A stretch of 63,778 nucleotides of DNA, filler included, from Octopus bimaculoides (taxonomy: Eukaryota): NCBI RefSeq assembly GCF_001194135.2. It is 4 parts of 4 records of this genome, joined end to end, with 100 filler letters (N's around TTAATTAATTAA, not from the genome) between each part and the next. Parts side by side here need not be neighbours in the genome. Positions count along the whole stretch, not along the records: positions 24,515 to 55,808 come from NC_068983.1; positions 55,909 to 61,592 come from NW_026363653.1; positions 61,693 to 63,778 come from NC_068985.1; 1 more part is not named here. The stretch is one strand, 5' to 3'. Every line of letters begins with the position of its first letter. The first letter of the stretch is position 1. This document shows, piece after piece, positions 52,465-63,550 of this stretch. The notes beneath the pieces are model-generated. The model made no database searches. It was not told the DNA's origin and saw nothing but the letters and a program-made list of their open reading frames with translations. A program made the position numbers and the translations under genes.

Positions 52465-53084
52465 AATTATATGTATACACTTAAACACGCATAAATATAT
52501 GTNNNNNNNNNNNNNNNNNNNNNNNNNNNNNNNNNNNNNNNNNNNNNNNNNNNNNNNNNNNNNNNNNNNNNNNNNNNNNNNNNNNNNNNNNNNNNNNNNN
52601 NNNNNNNNNNNNNNNNNNNNNNNNNNNNNNNNNNNNNNNNNNNNNNNNNNNNNNNNNNNNNNNNNNNNNNNNNNNNNNNNNNNNNNNNNNNNNNNNNNNN
52701 NNNNNNNNNNNNNNNNNNNNNNNNNNNNNNNNNNNNNNNNNNNNNNNNNNNNNNNNNNNNNNNNNNNNNNNNNNNNNNNNNNNNNNNNNNNNNNNNNNNN
52801 NNNNNNNNNNNNNNNNNNNNNNNNNNNNNNNNNNNNNNNNNNNNNNNNNNNNNNNNNNNNNNNNNNNNNNNNNNNNNNNNNNNNNNNNNNNNNNNNNNNN
52901 NNNNNNNNNNNNNNNNNNNNNNNNNNNNNNNNNNNNNNNNNNNNNNNNNNNNNNNNNNNNNNNNNNNNNNNNNNNNNNNNNNNNNNNNNNNNNNNNNNNN
53001 NNNNNNNNNNNNNNNNNNNNNNNNNNNNNNNNNNNNNNNNNNNNNNNNNNNNNNNNNNNNNNNNNNNNNNNNNNNNNNNNNNNN

Positions 53085-53193
<109 letters not shown>

Positions 53194-53243
53194 CATATAT
53201 ATGATATGCAAACATGCCTTCATACATACACAAATATGACATG

Positions 53244-53280
<37 letters not shown>

Positions 53281-53291
53281 CGGCAGGAGTC

Positions 53292-53357
<66 letters not shown>

Positions 53358-54302
53358 AACATTTCGTTGTGAAGACATGTCCGTAATTTAACGGTTGAAG
53401 AAGCTTGAGTGTTTCCCTCCATTTTTTTTTGTTAATTTTCAAAACTCCTCGACTACAAAATGTCGTCCATATTTAAACTAACAACCTTACATCAATTTAC
53501 CTCGTCTCTCTTATCTATTTAACCGCCACATAAATCTATACTCATTGATTTTGTTCAAACACATGGCCTGCATCTCTACAAAACGTTTTATCTTGCCGTC
53601 TCTTTAGTCATCTGCTGTTTGTGCTGTACTTCTCCATGTCTGTGTTGTAGTTGAAATAATGGTGTTGCTATGGTGGTGTGTCTACTGATGTTGGTACTGA
53701 TATTGAAGTAGTTATTTCCACCAACGTCACCGTTGTTGTTGTTGTTGTTGTTGCTGTTGTTTTTGAGGCTGTTCAACAAAAGGGCAGATGTAGATCAAAT
53801 CAGATACAATTAAACGTGTCCCGGCCCTGAATGGTATACCGAAGCTTCAGACAGAATCAATTGTTATCTGTCTATATCTATGTGTGAGTGCGTGTACATA
53901 CAAACATACCCACAACCAAAGAGACACAAACACACACTCTCACACACTTATGTATATTCACAAACATATATACATATACATACATATATATGTAAATATA
54001 AAAAATATCTTCTTAATATTTTTTTTGATATCCCTAAATTTTATCTTTATACAATATAACAATATTGTTTAAATTATTCAACTATACTGTAGTAACCCAT
54101 GATAAAATATTTCCCCTGTATTATCATCATTTATTTATGCAGCTGATAGCTCTGCATTTAAATTGAATCAATGATTGCAGTGTTCAAGTAAATCGAGCCG
54201 CTTGAAACGGGCGTACTACATTACTTCTCGATAACCTGTGTATACACACACATACTCACACACACATATATATGTACATATATATAGATATGTATATAGT
54301 AT

Positions 54303-54452
54303 GAGCTTCTTTTAGTTTCCGTCTACCAAATCACAAGATTTAGGTCCGAGTGTATAGTAGCAGATAGTTGCCCAAGGTGCTACGCAATGGGTCTGAACCC
54401 AGAACCATGTGGTTGGGAAGCTAATTTCTTACCACACGGCCACAACTATGCC
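54303..54452 (-). mobile_element. SINE family A, 5' half
   Basis: agtttccgtctaccaaatc...ttgcccaaggtgc.acgca.tggg.ctgaaccc.gaaccatgtggttgggaag...ttcttaccacac.gccac. Confidence 0.82.
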
Positions 54453-55106
54453 TAATAACAATAAGTCTCAGAAGTGCACCATGACAACGTAATCGAAAAT
54501 TTACGTCGATTTATGCGAAGATAATTTTAAAAGCCGTTATGCAAACCTCCAGTGTTCTTTTCAACTCATCGAGAGAAATAAAGTTACAAAGTTGATTAGC
54601 CATGTACGGGATCTGAAGGCGAAATGAATACCACATCCAATCAGGTAGAGAATCGGGGAGAAGTCAACGTCATTTGTAAATGCATCAAGGAGTTGCAAGC
54701 TATGCGTACTTGAAAGATCACACATTTTCTTTAGATCCAAAATTCTGCCACACTACTTAATTCTAGATCCGAAATTTTTAGCCTCTCCAGATTGAATAGC
54801 AATCTAGCAGACAATGGCCTCCTCCCCGCTGTATCATTTTACACCTGCTAGCTTAATTAAGATTTCTACAGCCATAGAAGAAGATTTCAGTTTCCTTTTC
54901 GTTTCTTTATACTCATTCACATTTTGAAACAGGCTTTTCATATTTCTTCTCGTATCTTTTCTCGGCTTTTCTCATTGACTACCGCCCTGGTTTTTAAATA
55001 TAACTAACGCTATGTAAGGAACCCGACGGATCGCTTGGAAACACATGGCATGCTGCATAAATCTGACGAATTTGTATCACTGATCTAAATATCGTCTATA
55101 TATAGT

Positions 55107-55196
<90 letters not shown>

Positions 55197-55225
55197 TGTG
55201 TGTATTTTTATATATGTGTACATGC

Positions 55226-55256
<31 letters not shown>

Positions 55257-55326
55257 TGTATGTGTTTGTGCGAGTATATGTAAATATATGTATATATACT
55301 TATGTGTGTGTATCTGTGCGTGTGTG

Positions 55327-55550
55327 TGAAGGCGTTTGACCTAGTGGTTTAGCTGTTACACGATCGCTAGATCGTCGGTTCGATGTCCCCACTGGGCGCG
55401 GCGTTGTGTTGTTGAGCAATGCACTTCATTTCACGTTGCTTCAGTCTCCCTTTCGATCAACGGCAAATATTGGCCCACTCCCTTAGCCAGCGGGATGACG
55501 TCATTTAAAGGCTAACACAAAGCATAGAAGAAAAGGCATAGTGATCAGAA
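55327..55550 (+). mobile_element. Diverged tRNA-derived SINE (head region)
   Basis: gaaggcg..tgacctagtggtttag...ggttcgat.cc (A/B-box-like), then gttgtgtt.ttgagcaa.gcactt.atttcacgttgct. Confidence 0.55.
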
Positions 55551-55608
55551 TATCTGATAACCTGGTCGGTTACGTGATCACGTGATATGCACACACACGC
55601 ACTTACTG

Positions 55609-55646
<38 letters not shown>

Positions 55647-55808
55647 ACTGCTACACACACACGCGCTCCCCCTACCTCACACTCACACACACACACACAC
55701 ACAAACATACCGACCATTTTCACACACTGTTGTCCCAGAAAAGACTTTCTCTCCATTCTTCCGACTTCCTGTCACTTCCGAAATGTAACCTCACATCGAC
55801 TGTTGGAG

Positions 55809-55908
55809 NNNNNNNNNNNNNNNNNNNNNNNNNNNNNNNNNNNNNNNNNNNNTTAATTAATTAANNNNNNNNNNNNNNNNNNNNNNNNNNNNNNNNNNNN
55901 NNNNNNNN
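55809..55908. other. Artificial scaffold-join spacer (N44-TTAATTAATTAA-N44)
   Basis: Exact 100-bp pattern. Confidence 0.95.
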
Positions 55909-56354
55909 CTTTATTGGAAATCATTGGCAAACAAATATCAGAAGCATTAGAACACTTCAACGTGGATTCAATTGTTACATACCAATTGTGACATAACTGC
56001 TTTAAAAAACCAATTTCCAATTATTTTAGCTCCAAATGCAGCTTACAACTCGATCATCATTGCCAAAACGATGAAATTAATGAGGTTCAGAACTGAATTA
56101 CTAATTAAATCATGTAATAGAAGTGGAAGAGTTGCACACTGCTGTTCACAGTTTCTAAGTGAAGATCAGTAACAAGGACGGGGAGTCTATTGTTGGGGTG
56201 CCTAGTGGGATAATCTATAGTCACCTTGATACTGTGGGGGATGGAGTTGGCTACTTGCTGGATGCTCTCCATTATGTTCCTCTCAGTTTCTACATTACCG
56301 TTACTAGAGAAGGTCTTAACTATGATATTAATATCATCTACATACCTACTGTAT
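55909..56354 (-). mobile_element. Penelope-like reverse transcriptase fragment
   Basis: YSRYVDDINII...IMESIQQVANSIPHSIKVTIDYPTRHPNNRLPVL; YVDD catalytic motif followed by a PLE-type NSIHxSI...LPVLD region. Confidence 0.82.
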
Positions 56355-57469
56355 ATCAAACACTGTGGCTTAAGATTAACAGGAAGCCAAAGAGGATAGA
56401 TAACGAGGAAGAACGAAAGGAAGAAGAAGAAGAAGAAGAAGAAGAAGAAGAAGAAGAAGAAGAAGAAGAAGAAGAAGAAGAAGAAGAAGAAGAAGAAGAN
56501 NNNNNNNNNNNNNNNNNNNNNNNNNNNNNNNNNNNNNNNNNNNNNNNNNNNNNNNNNNNNNNNNNNNNNNNNNNNNNNNNNNNNNNNNNNNNNNNNNNNN
56601 NNNNNNNNNNNNNNNNNNNNNNNNNNNNNNNNNNNNNNNNNNNNNNNNNNNNNNNNNNNNNNNNNNNNNNNNNNNNNNNNNNNNNNNNNNNNNNNNNNNN
56701 NNNNNNNNNNNNNNNNNNNNNNNNNNNNNNNNNNNNNNNNNNNNNNNNNNNNNNNNNNNNNNNNNNNNNNNNNNNNNNNNNNNNNNNNNNNNNNNNNNNN
56801 NNNNNNNNNNNNNNNNNNNNNNNNNNNNNNNNNNNNNNNNNNNNNNNNNNNNNNNNNNNNNNNNNNNNNNNNNNNNNNNNNNNNNNNNNNNNNNNNNNNN
56901 NNNNNNNNNNNNNNNNNNNNNNNNNNNNNNNNNNNNNNNNNNNNNNNNNNNNNNNNNNNNNNNNNNNNNNNNNNNNNNNNNNNNNNNNNNNNNNNNNNNN
57001 NNNNNNNNNNNNNNNNNNNNNNNNNNNNNNNNNNNNNNNNNNNNNNNNNNNNNNNNNNNNNNNNNNNNNNNNNNNNNNNNNNNNNNNNNNNNNNNNNNNN
57101 NNNNNNNNNNNNNNNNNNNNNNNNNNNNNNNNNNNNNNNNNNNNNNNNNNNNNNNNNNNNNNNNNNNNNNNNNNNNTAATAATAATAATAAGAAGAAGAA
57201 GAACAAGAAGAAGGAGAAGAAGAAGAAGAACAACAACAACAACAGCAACAACAGCAACAACAACAACATCAACAAAGAATTCGGAAGAGAAGATCGGAAA
57301 GAGCAAGTGGACAACAAAAATGAACATAAGAAGACAAAGATTGAAGCGGAGAACCTGGTGAGCTTTATGTATGGAAAGTCATATTTGACAATATTTCATA
57401 CATTTCTACTTTCACTTGTCCTTCGAAGCTTGATCTATTAGATAAATAAAGTGACGTAAATTAGGAAGA

Positions 57470-58110
57470 AACGAATTCGGTGGAAGAATAGACGGATAAC
57501 AACCACAAGAATCGAGAAGGGAATGGGAAACAAACTGTAGCTAAAACATAAATATGTGAATTATATTGTCACATATACATCCAGTCATTCATATGCAAGT
57601 GAACATACACACATACGCTTATAGACATAAAGGTTTCATGCAGGAAACGTTATGTCACAGTCGTTGTCATTGTCATATTAGCACCGTCAAGCGCTCTGTA
57701 GAAGTAAATGGAGTTAATGAAATGAAATAGAAAATATTTATGATAAAACACGACACAGAATTCTATTTATAATACTGGAAAATGTGGCAGAACATGTAGA
57801 CACAACATGAGAGAACATGGGTTAAATGTAGAAAATAGAGAAGAAGCAGAAGGTGAAGAAGAAGGAGAAGAAGAAGAAGAAATTAATTTGGTGGAAGTGT
57901 GGATAAATAACCACACGGCACCACAAGAATCAAGAGAACAATGTGAAACGAAATAGTAGCTAAAACATAAGTATTATATTAACACTGCAGACACACACAT
58001 AGATATAAACATACACGCATACATTTTCAGGAATAAAATTTTGATGCAGACAATTATCAACTGCCAGTCATTGTCATGTTCGGACACAATGAAATAAATA
58101 TAACACGAAT
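57470..58110. repeat. Old two-copy tandem repeat, period ~420 bp, separated by (GAA)n
   Basis: accacaagaatc at 57502 and 57920; gtagctaaaacataa and gtcattgtcat also repeat at ~400-420-bp spacing. Confidence 0.7.
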
Positions 58111-58239
58111 ATGAAAAATTAATATAACTTCCTGTAATAGAGAGTGAGAAACAGAAATCAGGAGATCTTTAATTTAAAGACATTATATTCCTCATGTATA
58201 TACAACAACATTTAATATTTAAATTAAAGACACATTATA

Positions 58240-58905
58240 TTCAACGTGTAAGAACGGTCAAGAATGAAGGCACTTACAGAATCTGTAAGCCATGAAGGCC
58301 TTGAAACATTCCTTTTTCAATCCACGAAATTTCATTTTTGTAAAGATTTCTGAAGCATGAAAGAATGTTGTTTAGTTTGAGATTCTAAGTAATTGCGATA
58401 AAATATTGTTCTTTGTGTAAAGAAATAACATTATAGGAAAATACAACGACAAAAAGAAGTAGTAGTAGAAGGAGAAGAAGAAGAAGAAGAAGAAGAAGAA
58501 GAAGAAGAAATAAAAAAGAAGAATGAGAAGAAGAAGAAGAAGAAGAAGAAGAAGAAGAAGAAGAAGAAGAAGAAGAAAGAGAAAAAGAAGAATGAGAATG
58601 AGAAGAAGAAGAAGAAGAAGAAGAAGAAGAAAAAGAAGAAGGTGAAGAAGCAGCAGAAGAAAAAAGAGGAGAAAAATAAGAAGAAGAAGAAGAGGAAGGA
58701 GAAAAGAAGATGAAGCAGAAAAAGAAGAAGAAGAAGAAGAAAAGAAGAAGAAGAAGAAGAAGAAGAAGAAGGGGTAAAATAAGAAGAGGAGGAAGAAGAA
58801 GGAGAAAAGAAGAAGATGAAGAAGAAAAGGAAGAAGACGAAGAAGAAGAAAAAGAAGAAGAAAAAGAAGAAGAAGAAGAAGAAGAAGAAGAAGAAGAAGA
58901 AGAAG

Positions 58906-58940
<35 letters not shown>

Positions 58941-59739
58941 AAACAACAGGAAGACATATCGAACATCGAGTTGTTCGAGAAAATAAAAAGAGAAAAAATT
59001 ATTCAAGAAATGACAAAACATAATTCATTGTGAGAAAGTAATATCAACAAACTGAACGGACTTACAGATACTGTAAATTCGAAAGCCCCTTGAATGCACC
59101 TGGTTCGATAGTTGCAATGTTGTTGTAGCCAAGAGATCTATAGCAGTAAAGAAAGAGTAAAATAGATTATATGGGAAATATGTATGATACAGTATCAAAT
59201 ATTGTGGCTTTAGAATGAAAGGAAGAAAAATGAGGACAGATAACAAAGAAGAAAAAGAAGGAGAAGAAGAAGAAGAAGAAGAAGAAGAAGAAGAAGAAGA
59301 AGAAGAAGAAGAAGACGAAGAAGAAGGAGAAGAAGAAGACGAAGAAGAAGAAGAAGAAGAAGAAGAAGAAGAAGAAGAAGAAGAAGAAGAAGAAGAAGAA
59401 ACCACATTGAACATCGAGTTGATCGAGAAAATGAAAAGAGAAAAAGTATTAAAAAAATGACAAGAAATAATTTATTGTCAGAAAGTAATATCAAGAAACT
59501 GAACGGACTTACAATGTCTGTAAATTCGAAATCTCCTTGAATGTATCTGGTTTGAAAGTTGCAATGTTGTTGGAGCCAAGATATCTATAGCAGTAAAGAA
59601 AGAGTAAAGTAGATTATATGTAAAATACTCGTGATACAATATCAAACATTGTGGCTTTAGAAAGAAAGGAAGAAAAAAGAGGACAGATAACGAAGAAGAA
59701 GAAGAAGAAAAAGAAAAAGAAGATAAAGAAAACGAAGGA

Positions 59740-59774
<35 letters not shown>

Positions 59775-61592
59775 AGAAGAAGAAGAAGAAGAAGAGGAGG
59801 ATGTGGAAGAAGAAGAAGAAGAAGAAGAAGAAGAAGAAGAAGAAGAAGAAGAAGAAGAAGAAGAAGAAGATAATGAAGAAAAAGAAGAATAACAACAACA
59901 GCAACAACAACAGGAAGACACATCGAATATAAAGTTGATCGAGAAGATGAAAAATGAAAAACTATTCAAAAAATGACAAGAAATAATTCATAGTGAGAAA
60001 GTAATATCAAGAAACTGAACGGACTTACAGTTCCTGTAAATTCAAAAGCCCCGTGAATGTACCTGGTTTAATAGTTGTAATCTTGTTGGAGTAAAGTTTT
60101 CTATAGCAGTAAAGAAAGAGTAAAATAGATTATATGGAAAATATTTGTGATGCAATATCAAACATTGTGGCTTTAGAATGAAAGGAAGGAAAAAGAGGAC
60201 AGATAACGAAGAAGAAGAAGAAGAAGAAGAAGAAGAAGAAGAAGAAGAAGAAGAAGAAGAAGAAGAAGAAGAAGAAGAAGCCACATTGAACATCGAGTTG
60301 ATCTAGAAAATGAAAACAGAAAAAGTATTCAAAAAATGACAATAAATAATTTATTGTCAGAAAGTAATATCAAGAAACAGAACGGACTTACAGTTTCTGT
60401 AAATTCGAAAGCCCCGTGAATGTATCTGGTTCGATAGTTCCAATGTTGTTGGCGTCAAGATGTCTATAGCAGTAATGAAAAGGTAAAATAGATTATATGG
60501 AAAATATTTGTGATACGATTTCAATAATGGTGGCTTTAGAATGATAGGATGAAAAAACAGGAGAAACAACAAGGAAGAAGAAGAAGAAGAAGAAGAAGAA
60601 GAAGAAGAAGAAGAAGAAGAAGAAGAAGAAGAAGAAGAAGAAGAAGAAGAAGAAGAACGACAACAACAACAACAACAACAACAACAACAGCAAAAACAAC
60701 AGGAAGACATATTGAACATAGAGTTGATCAAGCTGATGAAAAGAAAAAAGGATTCAAAAAATGACAAGAAAAAATTCAATGTGAGAAAGTAATATCAAGA
60801 AACTGAACGGACTTACAGTTTCTGTAAATTCGAAAGCCCCGTGAATGCATATGGTTTGATAGTTGTAATCTTGTTGTAGGTAAGATCTCTATAGCAGTAA
60901 ATAAAGAGTAAAATAGATTATATGGAAAATATTTCTGATACAATATTAAACATTGGGGCTATAGAATGAAAGGAAGAAAAAAGAGGAGAGAAGAAGAAGA
61001 AGAAGAAGAAGAAGAAGAAGAAGAAGAAGAAGAAGAAGAAGAAGAAGAAGAAGAAGAAGAAGAAGCTACATTGAACATCGAGTTGATCGAGAAAATGAAA
61101 AGAGGAAAAAGTATTCAAAAAATGTCAAGAAATAATTCATTGTCAAATTAATATCAAGAAACTGAACGGACTTACAGTGTCTGTAAATTCGAAAGCCCCG
61201 TGAATGTACCTGGTTCGATAGTTGTAATGTTGTTGGAGTTAAGATATCTATACCAGTGAAGAAAGAGTAAAATAGATTATACGGAAAATATTTGTGATAC
61301 AATATCAATAATTGTGGCTTTAGAATGAAAGGAAGAAAAAAAAGGACAGATAACAACGAAGAAGAAGAAGAAGAAGAAGAAGAAGAAGAAGAAGAAGAAG
61401 AAGAAGGAGAAGAAGAAGAAGAAGAAGAAGACACATTGAAAATTAAGGTGTTCGGGAACAAGAACTAGAACAAGAACAGGAAGACATATTGAACATCGAG
61501 TTGATCGAGAAAATGAAAAGAGAAAAAGTATTTAAAAAATGTCAAGAAATAATTCATTGTGAGAAAGTAATATCAAGAAACTGAACGGACTT
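58240..61592. repeat. Compound satellite: ~300-bp cores separated by variable (GAA)n/(CAA)n tracts
   Basis: Anchor c(t/a)gaacggactt at 59052, 59499, 60015, 60378, 60803, 61162 and 61581 (spacings 447, 516, 363, 425, 359, 419). Diverged copy at about 58240-58460; truncated by the spacer on the right. Confidence 0.95.
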
Positions 61593-61692
61593 NNNNNNNN
61601 NNNNNNNNNNNNNNNNNNNNNNNNNNNNNNNNNNNNTTAATTAATTAANNNNNNNNNNNNNNNNNNNNNNNNNNNNNNNNNNNNNNNNNNNN
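61593..61692. other. Artificial scaffold-join spacer (N44-TTAATTAATTAA-N44)
   Basis: Exact 100-bp pattern. Confidence 0.95.
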
Positions 61693-61745
61693 AGCTATGT
61701 ACATATAAGTATGTATATATGCATATATTTATCTATTATTTATAT

Positions 61746-61814
<69 letters not shown>

Positions 61815-61822
<8 letters not shown>

Positions 61823-62015
61823 TGTCTTTGCGTCTGCGTTTGTCCCCCACCCCATCCCACCGCTTGACAACCTAGCGGTTCGGTAAAAGAGATCTATTAA
61901 ATAAGTACTACGCTTTAAAAAAATAAGTCCTAAGGTCGATTTGTTCGATTAAAACCATTCAAGGCGGTGCTCCAGTATGGCTGCAGTCAAATGTCTGAAA
62001 CGAGTAAAAGATAAA
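61815..62015 (+). mobile_element. SINE family A, 3' half
   Basis: gtttgtcccc...ccgcttgacaac...gcggttcgg.aaaagaga...aataagtac...aaggcggtgctccagtatggctgcagtcaaatg.ctgaaac.agtaaaaga. Confidence 0.85.
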
Positions 62016-62632
62016 AAATGCAAGTATGTATATGGGCAAAGTCAGTTTGCCCGGCTCTCCTATCTATTCGATCAATTTCGATGATTTTAGCTCACCAAAC
62101 ACTAGCTAGCTTTCATTTGCTGCCCTGTCTTAACTAAATATCTACAACTAGTTGAGTCGAACATCCCTAACAAACCAGATGAGACAAGATGCTTGCCGTT
62201 GTTGCCAGTTCTGCCGTCAGATACATGTGTATCTATCTTTGCCCTTACAATGAGATCTATGAGTTTTTTCAACAGACGTATTGTCATTGAACCGAAACTA
62301 AATTCACACAGACATTTTTGCAAGTTGTCACGCCTGGCTGTTAATGCTTATTGATTCCATTACTACATGTCTCTTCTTGCTGATGTTTGGCGTTGTGCAA
62401 CAATTTCAGCGTCGTTGTGAATAATTAAAGCGAGTACCTCATTTCATGCCAACATTGAATTTTCCAAGGCGTTCACTTAATTCAAATATTGGCGTTGTGC
62501 CCTTTTCGCTAGGGCCTTAATACTGTAAGGAATGAAATTTTTTTGTTGACTTTAATACTAAAGAACATTTTCAGTGTGTGTGGTTCTTGCTGTTGTTGTT
62601 ATCTAAAACAAGAACAACAACACAAGTAGCAG

Positions 62633-62633
<1 letters not shown>

Positions 62634-62668
<35 letters not shown>

Positions 62669-62699
62669 CACAACCACTACTACTACTACTACTACTACA

Positions 62700-62731
<32 letters not shown>

Positions 62732-62732
62732 A

Positions 62733-62782
<50 letters not shown>

Positions 62783-62783
62783 A

Positions 62784-62818
<35 letters not shown>

Positions 62819-62819
62819 A

Positions 62820-62869
<50 letters not shown>

Positions 62870-62870
62870 A

Positions 62871-62928
<58 letters not shown>

Positions 62929-62946
62929 GTAGTAGTAGTAGTAGTA
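62634..62946. repeat. (CTA)n array with periodic ccacaacca interruptions, ending in an inverted (GTA)n
   Basis: Read directly. Confidence 0.92.
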
Positions 62947-62947
62947 T

Positions 62948-63140
62948 AGCGGCAGGCTAGCAGAATCGTCAGCTTAGCGGCATTTCGTCTGTCTTTGTGT
63001 TCTGAGTCCGCCGAGGTCGTTTTTACCTTTTATCCTTTCTGGATCAGTATAAGAACCAGTTGCGCACTGGGGTCGATGTAATAGACTTATCCCTTCCTCC
63101 CAACAAACTGCTGGCATAGTGCCAAAGTTTGAAACCAATA
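62948..63140 (+). mobile_element. SINE family B
   Basis: gcggc.ggct.gcagaatcgt.agc...ccgccgaggtcg...cactggggtcgatgtaat.gactta...gccaaa.tttgaaac. Confidence 0.82.
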
Positions 63141-63239
63141 TTAATAACTATAACAATGATGTTGACGATGATGATGATGCTACTGCTGCTACTGCTGCTA
63201 CTGCTGCTGCTACTACTAGAAGTAGTCGTAGTTGTAATA

Positions 63240-63410
63240 ATTGTTTCAAATTTTGGCACAAGTCCAGCAATTTCAGTGAGATGGGGTTTGTGGATTAAAT
63301 CGATCTCAGTAGTTGTCTGATACTTTACTTTATCGATCCCCGAAAGAATGAAAGGCAAAGATGACTTCGGTGGAATTTGAACTGAGAACGTTAAGAGGCG
63401 GAAGGAATAC
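63240..63410 (-). mobile_element. SINE family B, tail-to-tail with 62948-63140
   Basis: gtttcaaattttggcaca...atcga.cccgaaagaatgaaaggcaaag..gac.tcggtggaatttgaact.agaacg. Confidence 0.8.
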
Positions 63411-63439
63411 CTCACACAAAACCAACAATTTTGAGGGGA

Positions 63440-63550
63440 GGAGGAAAATCGGTTACATTGACTCCAATGTTCATCTAGTACTTTATTTTATCGCCCCCCC
63501 CGAAAGGATGAAAGGCAAAATCGACCTCGGTGGAATGTGAACCCAGAGCC
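63440..63550 (-). mobile_element. SINE family B fragment
   Basis: tactttattttatcg.ccccgaaaggatgaaaggcaaa.tcgacctcggtggaat.tgaac.caga. Confidence 0.75.

Noticed and set aside
53588-53779. Asn-rich 63-aa ORF
   Set aside because: Driven by a (CAA)n tract; no homology recognised.
58930-61592. Repeat-spacer layout superficially like a CRISPR array
   Set aside because: Repeats are ~300 bp, the spacers are only (GAA)n/(CAA)n, there are no cas genes, and the DNA is eukaryotic.
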